A DNA stretch of 64,000 bases from IMG/VR virus record IMGVR_UViG_3300044733_000695, positions 1-64,000 of that record; one strand, 5' to 3'. The position numbers were made by a program, and so were the translations under genes. The DNA comes from a virus. Positions 18,595 to 31,905 of the stretch are shown piece after piece; positions within the stretch are counted from its first letter, which is position 1, and the number at the start of each line of letters is the position of its first letter. Under the pieces are notes generated by a model that had not been told where the DNA came from, searched no databases, and saw only the letters and a list, made by a program, of their open reading frames with translations.

Positions 18595-19011
18595 ATGGCT
18601 TTTTACCGAGGGCAGCAAGGCAGCGTCAAGTTTGACGACGGCGGCGCTACTGGCGTCACCATTGCCAGCACCCGCTCATGGTCTCTGACCGTTGAGAAGG
18701 AATCACTCGACACCACCGCGCTAGGCGCCACTTATCGCGCTAATGTCGGCGGCCTGATCAGCGGCAGCGGCACCGTCGAGGTGCTTTACACGGCCAGCAG
18801 CGCTGATGAGACGAACGCTTTTATCGAGCATGTCAACACGGCCACCGACGAAGGCGCAGCCCTGTTTGAGCTGTTCCTTGATACAAACGGCACTAAAAAG
18901 GTCAGCTTTGACGGTGTCATCACATCTGCCGAATATTCGGCTACCGTTGGCGAAATCGAAGTGATCACGGTCAACTTCGTTACCAACGGCGCCATTACCC
19001 TGGACATCTGA
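18595..19011 (+). CDS. Tail tube protein, copy 1
   Basis: RSWSLTVEKESLDTT...GLISGSGT...VNFVTNGA. Confidence 0.8.
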   Translation: MAFYRGQQGSVKFDDGGATGVTIASTRSWSLTVEKESLDTTALGATYRANVGGLISGSGTVEVLYTASSADETNAFIEHVNTATDEGAALFELFLDTNGTKKVSFDGVITSAEYSATVGEIEVITVNFVTNGAITLDI

Positions 19012-19013
19012 TC

Positions 19014-19433
19014 ATGGCTTTTTATCGCGGGCAACAGGGCACTGTCTTCTTTGATAAAGCTGGTGCAGGCGGCTTGTCTGAGATTGCTGCGGTCCGGTCT
19101 TGGACCATGACCGTCGAGAAGGAATCGCTTGACGTGACCGATCACGGCGACACCTACCGTGCCAACGTGGGTGGCTTGATCAGCGGTTCTGGCACCATTG
19201 AGCTGATGTATGACGCTCCAGGTTCTGGCGACAAGCTGGACCTGATCAAGGATGTCAATCAAGCCACCGATGAAGCTGATGCAGCGTTTGAGCTGTACCT
19301 CGATGAAACCGGCGGCAAAAAGATCACCGGCACGCTGGTGGTGACAGGTTCCGAGTATTCCGCTACTGTGGGCGAAATCGAGATTGTCTCGGTTAATTTC
19401 GTTACCTCCGGGGCACTGACCCTTAGCATCTAA
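19014..19433 (+). CDS. Tail tube protein, copy 2 (tandem paralog)
   Basis: Same MAFYRGQQG start and shared motifs with copy 1. Confidence 0.8.
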   Translation: MAFYRGQQGTVFFDKAGAGGLSEIAAVRSWTMTVEKESLDVTDHGDTYRANVGGLISGSGTIELMYDAPGSGDKLDLIKDVNQATDEADAAFELYLDETGGKKITGTLVVTGSEYSATVGEIEIVSVNFVTSGALTLSI

Positions 19434-19789
19434 TGCCTGCCGCCCAACGTCCGGTTGACCTGCTCACCGGAGCCTTTGACCTCAATCAAAGGCGCAAGTT
19501 TGAAGTGAAGACAGATGCTGGCGACGTGGTGATGGTGCTTTATTTCAAGCCCATCACCCGCGCTGACCGCAAAAAAGCATCTGCATTGACCGGCACTGAT
19601 GAAGCGCTAGACGTTAGCACGCAGCTGCTATGTCAGATTGCTGAGCTTGAAAACGGCACCAAAGCGTTTGCACCGGCTGATGCGGCCAAGCTGCAACGCG
19701 AGCTGCCTGAGCGCGTCCTGAACGACCTAGAGCTGTTCTTGTTCGGCCTTGGTGATGGCGCAGGATTTGAAGAGGCAAAAAAAGACTAG
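19433..19789 (+). CDS. Tail assembly chaperone (G-like)
   Basis: Between tube and tape measure genes; ends GCA AAA AAA GAC TAG. Confidence 0.8.
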   Translation: MPAAQRPVDLLTGAFDLNQRRKFEVKTDAGDVVMVLYFKPITRADRKKASALTGTDEALDVSTQLLCQIAELENGTKAFAPADAAKLQRELPERVLNDLELFLFGLGDGAGFEEAKKD

Positions 19790-19959
19790 AGGAAGACTCG
19801 TGGTTGTTCTTCGAGTTCTTCCTCGCAACTGAGCTAGGCATGACGGTTAGCCGTTTGCGTACCGAGCTAACCGATGCAGAATTTACGCACTTTGCCGCAT
19901 ACTATGAGGTCAAGGGCAGACGCGAAAAAGCGGAAATGGATAAGGCCCGGCGGCGGTAG
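19777..19959 (+). CDS. -1 frameshift extension of the tail chaperone (GT-like)
   Basis: Slippery A AAA AAA at 19777..19783; -1 frame open RLEEDSWLFFEFFLATELGMTVSRLR... to TAG 19959. Confidence 0.8.
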   Translation, partial: KKRLEEDSWLFFEFFLATELGMTVSRLRTELTDAEFTHFAAYYEVKGRREKAEMDKARRR

Positions 19960-19984
19960 ACTGCCGCTATAGGGAGGTGTTGCC

Positions 19985-22078
19985 GTGGCCGTTTCGGTTG
20001 TTGATATTCAGGTAAACAGCCAGAGTGCTGTAAGGAATCTTCAGCAGGTTGGCGCAGCATCTAAAGCAGCACAGGCCGGCGTCAGTGGTTTAAAGGATGC
20101 TGTAACTGGCCTGCTTGGCGCATTTACGGCTGTCACTGCTGCCAAGTTTGTATTTGCCAAGACGGCAGAACTTGAATCACAAACCCGCAGCCTGCAGGTG
20201 CTGACGGGTAGCGCACAGCAAGCAAAGCAAATCATTCAAGAGCTGCAGCAGCTTGGTGCGGTAACGCCATTTACCAGCACTGAACTGATTGATGCAGCCA
20301 AGCGTCTGCAGGCTTTTGGCGTGCAGGCCAACAATGTTGTAGAAACCACCCGCAGGCTGGCCGACGCATCAGGTGCAACTGGTGCTGAGCTGCAGGGCCT
20401 GGTGACCGCCTACGGTCAGGTCCAAGCCAAGGGCAGGCTGCAAGGCGAAGAGCTGCTGCAGTTCCAAGAGCGTGGCATCGCGCTGCAGGAAGAGCTGCGC
20501 AAGATGTATGGGATGACCGGCGAGGAGTTCCAAAAGGCTCTAAGTAAAGGTCAGATCAGCGCTAAGGCTGTTGAGGTAGCACTGCAGCGGCTGACCAGTG
20601 CCGGCGGCAAATACGCCAATGGCGCTATTGCGCAAAGCGATACGCTAAATGGCAAACTCAGCACCTTGCAAGATGGCGTCGATGCGCTAGCTCGACGGAT
20701 TGGCACAGCGCTTACCCCAGCGCTAAAGGCCATTTTCAATCAAGCGATCGCAGTTGTTGATGCGATCAATGCTGCATTGTCTGCCGGCAGGGGGGGCGGC
20801 TTTACGAGGAGCGTTGCAGGCGCCCGTCAGTTTTTGAATATCGGCGCCACATCGCAAGCAGTCGACAATATCGCCAAAGGTGTTGGTCAGGTTGGATCTC
20901 AGAAAAATAAAACAGGCATTCAGCAGAACCTGCAAGCATTGCAGCAATATCAGCGCCTGCTGCAAAGCGTTGGCCCTAATGATCCAAATGCAAATCGCGC
21001 TGTTCAGCTACAGGGCACAATTTTGCAAAAGATAAATCAGAATCTTGCGGCTCAAAAGCAACTGCAGGCAGGTGCAAAACAAACTGATAAATTATTTACC
21101 GCTCCGCCATTAGGTGCTGGCACAGGCGGCGCCGCAAAGGGTGGTGGCGGCAAGTCTGCTGACAAGCAAGCTAAAGAAATCAAAGACATCACAGCGCAAG
21201 AGCTTGAGTTGCGGTTGCGGCTTGGTATTGCCCAGCGCACCCAGAACGAGCAGCAAGAGGCTTACTATAATAAGCAGCTTGCAATCCTACAGGCCAGTCA
21301 GCAGGAGATGGGGCCTAATGAACGCAAGGCGGCAATCTTTGAAGCAGTGGTGCAATATGCAGAGCGGCTGCGCACGATTGAAGATCAGCGCAACAAGGAA
21401 ACGCTGCCTGAATACATCACCAAACTGACAACCGCAGCATCTGGCTATGCCTCAGTGCTGGAATACTCCAAGCAGCTAACCGAAGAACAAAAGCGACAGC
21501 AGGCACTGGCTGACGGGATTAGCAATACGGTTGGCCAAGGCATGACATCTGCCTTTAACGCATTGATTCAAGGCAGCCAAGATTTCAATAGCAGCCTGCG
21601 GCAGATTGCATCTGGCGTGTTGATCGACATTGCCAGCCAACTCCTGCAGGTATTTGTTATCCAAAAGGCCATCAATGCAATTAGCGGTTTGTTTGGCGGC
21701 AATCGCGGTGGCTTTGCATCAGGCGCCAGCTTCAACCCCGGCGCCTTCGGCATGGCATCAATCGTTCCTGGTCTAAGCGGCGTCGGCAATTTCTTTGGTG
21801 GCGCTAGAGCCAACGGCGGCAGCGTGATGGGCGGCAAGGGCTACCTCGTTGGCGAGCGCGGTCCTGAGCTGTTTATGCCAGGCCGCAGCGGCGGCATCGC
21901 ACCAACCGGCAGCTTTGGTGGCGGCGTTAATGTGGTAGTCAACGTAGACGCAAGCGGCACCAGCGTGGAAGGCAACGAGCCAAATTCCAATCAGATGGGT
22001 AGGATCATCGGTGCTGCAGTGCAGGCTGAGATCGTCAAGATGCAACGTCCTGGCGGTCTGCTGGCAGGTACACGCTGA
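19985..22078 (+). CDS. Tape measure protein
   Basis: TPFTSTEL, YGQVQAKGRLQGEELLQ, VGERGPELF. Confidence 0.92.
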   Translation: MAVSVVDIQVNSQSAVRNLQQVGAASKAAQAGVSGLKDAVTGLLGAFTAVTAAKFVFAKTAELESQTRSLQVLTGSAQQAKQIIQELQQLGAVTPFTSTELIDAAKRLQAFGVQANNVVETTRRLADASGATGAELQGLVTAYGQVQAKGRLQGEELLQFQERGIALQEELRKMYGMTGEEFQKALSKGQISAKAVEVALQRLTSAGGKYANGAIAQSDTLNGKLSTLQDGVDALARRIGTALTPALKAIFNQAIAVVDAINAALSAGRGGGFTRSVAGARQFLNIGATSQAVDNIAKGVGQVGSQKNKTGIQQNLQALQQYQRLLQSVGPNDPNANRAVQLQGTILQKINQNLAAQKQLQAGAKQTDKLFTAPPLGAGTGGAAKGGGGKSADKQAKEIKDITAQELELRLRLGIAQRTQNEQQEAYYNKQLAILQASQQEMGPNERKAAIFEAVVQYAERLRTIEDQRNKETLPEYITKLTTAASGYASVLEYSKQLTEEQKRQQALADGISNTVGQGMTSAFNALIQGSQDFNSSLRQIASGVLIDIASQLLQVFVIQKAINAISGLFGGNRGGFASGASFNPGAFGMASIVPGLSGVGNFFGGARANGGSVMGGKGYLVGERGPELFMPGRSGGIAPTGSFGGGVNVVVNVDASGTSVEGNEPNSNQMGRIIGAAVQAEIVKMQRPGGLLAGTR

Positions 22079-22422
22079 TGGCTACGTTCCCTGCGATCAC
22101 TGCAAGCTACGGCGCCGAAAAGCGCAGCGCTCCAACCGTGCGCACCGTGCAGTTTGGCGATGGCTACCAGCAGCGGCTGACCTACGGCCTGAACCAAAAC
22201 CCTAAGGAGTGGTCCTTGACATGGAACAACATCAGCGAGGCCAATGCGGATACTATTGAAGCCTTCCTTGATGCTCGCGCTGCTGATAGCGCTTCCTTTG
22301 ACTGGACGCCGCCTGATGAGGTGACAGCATACAAATGGATTTGTCCATCATGGAGCAAGTCCATAACGTACGCAGGACGGGCGACCATCAGTGCCACATT
22401 TCAGCAAGTGTTTGAGCCCTAA
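22078..22422 (+). CDS. Distal tail protein (lambda gpM-like)
   Basis: VQFGDGYQQR..GLN, FDWTPP, ATFQQVFEP. Confidence 0.88.
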   Translation: MATFPAITASYGAEKRSAPTVRTVQFGDGYQQRLTYGLNQNPKEWSLTWNNISEANADTIEAFLDARAADSASFDWTPPDEVTAYKWICPSWSKSITYAGRATISATFQQVFEP

Positions 22423-23315
22423 TGGCATACGCAGCTTGGGCTAGCAGCACCGCCTACAGCGTTGGCGCAATTGTCCGCGCAACGTCCGTACAGGCCACAG
22501 GGCTTGTCTTTCGCTGCACTGTTGCAGGCACATCAGCTAGCACACAGCCTGCCTGGCCTACCGATATCGGCAGCACCATTGCAGATGGTGGCGTCACATG
22601 GGCAGCGATCAGTAGCGTCTACGAAGAACTGTCGGTACTGGCGCCGAATGCCATCATCGAGCTGTTTGAGCTGCAGCTTGACACCACGTTGCATGGTGCA
22701 AGCACGACGTACTACTGGCATAACGGCGTCAATGCCAACGTGACTGGCGACATCGTTTTCAACAGCAATACCTACGTCAGGCTTCCGGTCAAGGCGGAGG
22801 GTTTTGACTACAGCAACACTGGCAGCCTGCCACGGCCAACGCTGACGATCAGCAACCTGACTGGTGATATCACAGCAATTCTGCTGCTGGTCAATGCGAC
22901 GACGCCCGGCAATGACCTTGGTGGCGCCACTGTCCGCAGGATCCGCACGCTGAAGAAGTTTCTAGACGGCGAGACCAATGCAGACCCCAATGCACGGTTT
23001 CCGACAGAGATCTGGTACGTCGATCGGAAGTCCAGCGAGAACCGCGATCTGGTGCAATTTGAGCTGGCTAGTAAGTTTGACCTTGCAGGCGTGATGCTGC
23101 CAAGGCGTCAGATCATTGCCAACGTGTGCCAGTGGCAGTACAGATCGGCAGAATGCGGCTACACCGGCAGCAACTACTGGAATGTCAACGATCAGGTGGT
23201 CGGCACCTTGGCGCAGGATGTATGCGGTAAGCGGCTTGGTAGCTGCCGATTGCGGTTTGGCTCCACTGCAGAACTGCCGTTCGGCTCATTCCCTGGTGCT
23301 GGTCTAACGCAATGA
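22422..23315 (+). CDS. Tail tip protein (lambda gpL-like) with an extra N-terminal WxxSTAY module
   Basis: PRPTLTISN, CQWQYRSAECGY, CGKRLGSC, PFGSFPG. Confidence 0.88.
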   Translation: MAYAAWASSTAYSVGAIVRATSVQATGLVFRCTVAGTSASTQPAWPTDIGSTIADGGVTWAAISSVYEELSVLAPNAIIELFELQLDTTLHGASTTYYWHNGVNANVTGDIVFNSNTYVRLPVKAEGFDYSNTGSLPRPTLTISNLTGDITAILLLVNATTPGNDLGGATVRRIRTLKKFLDGETNADPNARFPTEIWYVDRKSSENRDLVQFELASKFDLAGVMLPRRQIIANVCQWQYRSAECGYTGSNYWNVNDQVVGTLAQDVCGKRLGSCRLRFGSTAELPFGSFPGAGLTQ

Positions 23316-24025
23316 AGCTAGGCACAACGCTGCAAACCGAGATCCTTGCCTACGCGCAGGCATGCGACCCCAAGGAAATGTGCGGGGTTGTTCATGTGGT
23401 CAAGGGCCGGAAGCGGTTTTACGCCTGCAGCAACATCGCCGCAACGCCTGATGAGCACTTCGTGTTGGACCCCGCCGACTATGCAGCGGCTGAAGATTTG
23501 GGCGAGGTCGTGGCGATCGTTCACAGCCACCCTGTCACCAAGCCTGAGCCGTCAGATGCGGACCGTATCGGTTGCAATAGCAGCGGCCTGCCATGGGTGA
23601 TCGTCAACCCCAAGACTGAGGAATGGGGCCAGTGCGAGCCGTCTGACTTTGAGCTGCCATATGTCGGGCGTGAGTTTGTCTTTGGCGTGGTGGATTGCTA
23701 CAGCCTGTGCCGTGACTGGTATCAGCGTGAATGGGGTTTGGAGCTGGCTGACTTCCCGAGGCGTGATGGTTTCTGGGAGCGTGGTGAAAACCTGTACGTC
23801 GATGGGTACAAGTCTCAAGGCTTCCGGCGCGTGCCGTTTGATGAGTTGCGGTACGGCGACGCGATCTTGATGCAGCTTGGCGCTGACCTGCCTAATCACG
23901 GCGCCATTTACCTTGGTGACCAGCAGATTTTGCATCATGTGCAGGGGCGGCTATCTAGTCGAGACGTGTACGGCGGCTACTATGTAAAGAGCACTGCCAT
24001 GGTCCTGCGGCATGAAAGTCGTTAA
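23312..24025 (+). CDS. Tail assembly protein (lambda gpK-like; JAB + NlpC/P60)
   Basis: VHSHP...SDAD and GVVDCY...NHGAIY...HH. Confidence 0.9.
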   Translation: MKLGTTLQTEILAYAQACDPKEMCGVVHVVKGRKRFYACSNIAATPDEHFVLDPADYAAAEDLGEVVAIVHSHPVTKPEPSDADRIGCNSSGLPWVIVNPKTEEWGQCEPSDFELPYVGREFVFGVVDCYSLCRDWYQREWGLELADFPRRDGFWERGENLYVDGYKSQGFRRVPFDELRYGDAILMQLGADLPNHGAIYLGDQQILHHVQGRLSSRDVYGGYYVKSTAMVLRHESR

Positions 24026-24652
24026 GGTCTACGGCGCCCTCCGCAAGTTCCTAGGTGGCCGCTGCCGTTTCGAGTTTGAAGTAGACACACCAGCGCAAGC
24101 AATTAAAGCGTTGTGTGTGAACTTTCCTGATCTTGAGCAGTGGCTGATTAAAAGCGATTGGGGTTATCGCGTCACGGTTGGCAAGGAGCGCATTGGGCCA
24201 GAGAATGCAGAGCTGGTCTGCCTGCCTTGGTCAGAGCGTGAGGTGTTCAGCATTGCTCCGGTAATCGCAGGTGCTGGTCAAGGTGTCGGGCAGGTTTTTG
24301 CAGGCATCGGTCTTGTCTTGGCTGCCATTGTCCTTGGCCCTGCGGCTGGAGGTTTTCTAGGCTTGGGTGCAGGATTGGCTGGGGCTGGAGCCGGAATTAT
24401 TGGTGGTGCTGCAGCCACGGCAATTGGCGGACTTGGTGCTGCGCTGTTACTTGGCGGCATCTCGCAGATGATTTCGCCGCAGCCCAACATCTCGCCGTTA
24501 GTGCGCGGCAAGGAAGCAGCCAGGCTTGAAAGCTTCAGCTTCAGCGGCATCAACAACACCAGCCAGCAGGGATTGCCGGTTCCGATCGCTTACGGTCGGG
24601 TCTTTGCTGGCTCAGCAGTCCTAAGCGCTGGCCTTGACGTTGATCAACTGAG

Positions 24653-24656
<4 letters not shown>
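24012..24656 (+). CDS. Tail assembly protein (lambda gpI-like, ubiquitin-like fold)
   Basis: VKVYGALRK, IAPVIAGAG, NTSQQGLPVPIAYG. Confidence 0.88.
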
Positions 24657-28468
<3,812 letters not shown>

Positions 28469-28496
28469 AGTGTAGACACTGCCTGTCTTGTAAGTT

Positions 28497-30212
28497 GTGG
28501 CTCAACACGATTACGTCATCGCGAACGGCACTGGTGCTGCTGTCCGCTCTGACCTGAACAACGCGCTGGCCGCGATCGTCAGCAACAACAGCGGCGCGAC
28601 AGAGCCAGCAACGATGTATGCCTACCAGTGGTGGGCTGATACCAGCACCGGGCTGCTCAAGCTACGCAATGCTGCCAACAACGCTTGGATCACACTGAGA
28701 GAACTGGATGGCACGCTAACCATTGAGGCAGGTACGGTCTCGGCCCCTGGCTTGGCGTTCGCGTCGGACCTGAATACGGGCATCTATAGCCCAAGCGCTG
28801 ATCAGCTTGCAATCGCAACCAACGGCGTCGAGCGCGTCGAATGGGGCACCAGCGAGGTGGTGTTCAACGATGGCGGCGCTAATTATGATTTCCGCATTGA
28901 AGGCGATACAAACTCTTCGCTTTTCTTTGTTGATGCGTCAGCAGAAGCGGTAGGGATTGGCACTGCTGCGCCTAGCTCCTTGGGAAGTAATGTAACAACG
29001 GTTGAAATCCAAGGACCTACAACTACAAGAAGTGGCGGGATTCGGCTGTCCTCTAGTGACAGTTCGCAGAAAAGCGCCTTTTATGTTTACGATGGCGCCG
29101 CAGTTCTTGGCACAGAAACTGCTCATCCTTTGGGTCTATACGTCAGCAACACTGAAAGATGCAGGGTCGATACATCAGGTCGTTTTTTAGTTAACACGTC
29201 TTCTAGCGTTCCGGTCCTTTCAACGGTCACCGGAGCAGCAGTACAGGTCAATTCAAGTGCATTCGGATCTTACGCGCAAACTTGGTTTTATGGCGCAAAT
29301 AACGAGTTTGCTCCAGTAATTATGCTGGCAAAAAGCAGAAATACCACCTACGGAAGTTATACAGTTGTCCAGAATAATGACCAGCTTGGAGGGCTTTGGT
29401 TTGCCGGTGATGACGGAACTGACTTAAACCAGTCCGGCGCAAAAATTGAAGCCTTTGTAGACGGCACGCCCGGCAATAACGACATGCCGGGCAGGCTGGT
29501 CTTCAGCACTACCGCCGCCGGAGCGAGCAGCCCGACGGAGCGGATGAGGATAAACTCGTTTGGATCTATTGGTTTTGGATGTACTCCAGATGGTTCGGCG
29601 AGTACACTTGGCGTTCAAACAGGCGGCAGTGCTGGATGGTTAATAACAAAAAGAAATAGCAATCCTGCGTTGTTTGTCAACAGAGGCGTGGATGATGGTG
29701 ACCTTGTATTGTTCTATCAAGCTGATGTTTCAGAAGGGTCTATCTCCGTCTCTGGCACCACCGTTAGCTACAACGGTGCTCACCTTTCCCGCTGGTCGCA
29801 GCTGCCTGGCGGCGCAACCCGCGAAGAAATCTTACGCGGCACCGTGCTGAGCAACATCGACGAGATGTGCGCCTGGGGCGAGGAAGAAAACGAACAGCTC
29901 AACCGCATGAAAGTCTCAGATGTGGAAGGCGACCCCAACGTGGCCGGCGTGTTCCAAGCCTGGGATGACGACGACGACACCTACACCGACGACTTCTATT
30001 GCGCGATGACGGGTGACTTCATCATCCGCATTGCCGATGGCGTCACGGTGCAACGCGGTGATCTACTCATGTCCGCTGGTGATGGAACGGCCAAGCCCCA
30101 AGATGATGACATCATCCGCAGCAAGACCGTCGCCAAGGTGACTTCAACTCACGTCACCTGCACTTATGACGATGGCAGCTACTGCGTGCCCTGCGTGCTG
30201 ATGGCTTGCTAA
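28497..30212 (+). CDS. Side tail fibre protein
   Basis: VRSDLNNALAAI N-terminus, ERMRI-type repeats, mosaic composition. Confidence 0.85.
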   Translation: MAQHDYVIANGTGAAVRSDLNNALAAIVSNNSGATEPATMYAYQWWADTSTGLLKLRNAANNAWITLRELDGTLTIEAGTVSAPGLAFASDLNTGIYSPSADQLAIATNGVERVEWGTSEVVFNDGGANYDFRIEGDTNSSLFFVDASAEAVGIGTAAPSSLGSNVTTVEIQGPTTTRSGGIRLSSSDSSQKSAFYVYDGAAVLGTETAHPLGLYVSNTERCRVDTSGRFLVNTSSSVPVLSTVTGAAVQVNSSAFGSYAQTWFYGANNEFAPVIMLAKSRNTTYGSYTVVQNNDQLGGLWFAGDDGTDLNQSGAKIEAFVDGTPGNNDMPGRLVFSTTAAGASSPTERMRINSFGSIGFGCTPDGSASTLGVQTGGSAGWLITKRNSNPALFVNRGVDDGDLVLFYQADVSEGSISVSGTTVSYNGAHLSRWSQLPGGATREEILRGTVLSNIDEMCAWGEEENEQLNRMKVSDVEGDPNVAGVFQAWDDDDDTYTDDFYCAMTGDFIIRIADGVTVQRGDLLMSAGDGTAKPQDDDIIRSKTVAKVTSTHVTCTYDDGSYCVPCVLMAC

Positions 30213-30314
30213 GCCTCGTAGTCCTACTCACTAACGCAGATAGCCAGCCCAGCTTTATAGTGGTGGGGCAGCGAGTTTGCGGCTCCTGCCCCTGGCCACA
30301 GTTCCCTAGAAACC

Positions 30315-30671
30315 ATGACCCAAGAAGACTACAGGTATCCCATTGCCCCGCCGCCGGAGCTGGTGCAGCAGTGGTACGACCAAGCCAAACAAGACCCATG
30401 TGGTCCAATTAACTGGGTTGCTGTCCGCGCCGCCCAATGGGGCGCCGACCAGGAGCTGGAGGTGTGCTGTGAGGCACTGGACAATTTGAATGATGGGTTC
30501 TGGAGTGAAAAACTCCGCGCCGCCCGCCGCCCCAAGCCGCAGAGCTTGAAGGAGCAGGCGTTACAAGCACTTTCTGAAGCCGTCAAAATGGCCGATGACG
30601 TCCCGCCAGAGGGGATTTGCTCAGGCCAAGCAGACATTATCCGCCACGCACTGGAGCAACTTGATGACTGA
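30315..30671 (+). CDS. Hypothetical accessory protein
   Basis: PPPELVQQW...QWGADQELE...RRPKPQSLKEQAL. Confidence 0.7.
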   Translation: MTQEDYRYPIAPPPELVQQWYDQAKQDPCGPINWVAVRAAQWGADQELEVCCEALDNLNDGFWSEKLRAARRPKPQSLKEQALQALSEAVKMADDVPPEGICSGQADIIRHALEQLDD

Positions 30672-30737
30672 TTACCAGTCCACGGTACTTTCTGCCGTCT
30701 TGATTATTTTCATCATTATCGTTGATTGGCACTTCAA

Positions 30738-31058
30738 ATGACTGACTTCCGAGAGCTGTGCGCCTGCATGGCTGACGAGCTTGATCATTACCGCCAGCTC
30801 CTAATGGATGATCGCCGCGAAACTCATGCGTTGGCGACCAAAGCCCGAGCCGCCCTAGCCCAGCCCGAGCCGGTGGCGCCTACGGATGAGGAGCTACTGG
30901 AGCTGATGCCTGAGACCATGCGGGATGAGTTTTCCTACGCGGCCAAGGTCTGCTCTGACGCAACCGGCGGCAAAGTCGAACCCGGCATCTTTCGCGTGGC
31001 GCTCAACACCGCTGCGCTGGAGTACGCCCAAGCTGTTTTGGCTCGTTACGCCCATTAG
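30738..31058 (+). CDS. Hypothetical accessory protein
   Basis: MTDFRELCA...PTDEELL; its stop is the TAG of motif copy 2. Confidence 0.7.
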   Translation: MTDFRELCACMADELDHYRQLLMDDRRETHALATKARAALAQPEPVAPTDEELLELMPETMRDEFSYAAKVCSDATGGKVEPGIFRVALNTAALEYAQAVLARYAH

Positions 31059-31095
31059 TCATTCCCACTAAAACCTTTTTGTTGATGTCACCAAA

Positions 31096-31389
31096 ATGGT
31101 CCGAATCATTCGACAATGGTTATCGAACCGCCGTGCTAGGCGTGTCCTGAATCAGCCCGCCCCGTGGGAACGGCAGCTCATCCCAAACATGGGTATGAGA
31201 TACCGGCATGACTACGGGCTGCTGAATGAAGACGAACGCGCTGCCGTGGATCAGCAGATGCTTCAGCTTGCAGAGGAGGTGGTGACGTGGTTCCGTCGTG
31301 AGGCTGATAACCACCATCTCAGCGTTGGCGGCGCGATCCTGCGGTTCAAGGCATCCAACATCCTTGAAGACCACATCAAAGCCTCGTAG
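31096..31389 (+). CDS. Hypothetical accessory protein
   Basis: 97-aa ORF; its stop is the TAG of motif copy 3. Confidence 0.6.
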   Translation: MVRIIRQWLSNRRARRVLNQPAPWERQLIPNMGMRYRHDYGLLNEDERAAVDQQMLQLAEEVVTWFRREADNHHLSVGGAILRFKASNILEDHIKAS

Positions 31390-31438
31390 TCACCTTCACT
31401 AGACACCCGTCTTAGACTCCCACCAACCACACAGCATC

Positions 31439-31768
31439 ATGAGCATCACCTACAACTGGGCCATCGCCAACCTAGAACGCGAGGTTTCGGACGGTTACGT
31501 CTTTACCGCGCACTGGACGGTGGTGGGCATCTCTGATGACGTTGACCCCGAAGGCAATCCCTACAACTCCGGTGCCTATGGCTCCATGGGTCTGGAGCGT
31601 CCTGAGGGCAGCATGATCCCGTTCAGCCAGCTCACCCAAGAGCTTTGCGTTCAGTGGGTCAAGGACAAGTTTGGCCCGGATAAGGTCACCGAGATCGAGG
31701 AAGCGCTCGCTGCACGGATCGTAGACCAGCAGTTTCCGACCGTTGAAGCTGGCGTCCCGTGGCAGTAA
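31439..31768 (+). CDS. Conserved tail-fibre-associated protein
   Basis: YNWAIANLER..DGYVFTAHW...IPFSQLT...GVPW. Confidence 0.7.
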   Translation: MSITYNWAIANLEREVSDGYVFTAHWTVVGISDDVDPEGNPYNSGAYGSMGLERPEGSMIPFSQLTQELCVQWVKDKFGPDKVTEIEEALAARIVDQQFPTVEAGVPWQ

Positions 31769-31896
31769 AAGCAAAGGCTGGTCTAAGCGGCACCGTCCGC
31801 AAGGATCCTGTCCCCAAGACAACCAGCCAAGGGCAAGGGCAGCGCTCCAGGCCGCGACGTCGTGGCCGCAAAAAGCTGCGCGGGCAGGGTCGTTAA
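31759..31896 (+). CDS. Small basic protein (45 aa)
   Basis: MAVKAKAG...PKTTSQGQG...RKKLRGQGR. Confidence 0.55.
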   Translation: MAVKAKAGLSGTVRKDPVPKTTSQGQGQRSRPRRRGRKKLRGQGR

Positions 31897-31905
31897 ACTG
31901 ATTAC

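Larger units (their letters stand above)
30219..31401 (+). repeat. Three copies of TAGTC-N5-CACTA bracketing accessory ORFs
   Basis: 30219..30233 tagtcctactcacta; 31056..31070 tagtcattcccacta; 31387..31401 tagtcaccttcacta. Confidence 0.8.

Noticed and set aside
28497-31401. Diversity-generating retroelement or invertase shufflon acting on the fibre
   Set aside because: No reverse transcriptase, TR/VR pair, invertase or inverted alternative fibre ends seen
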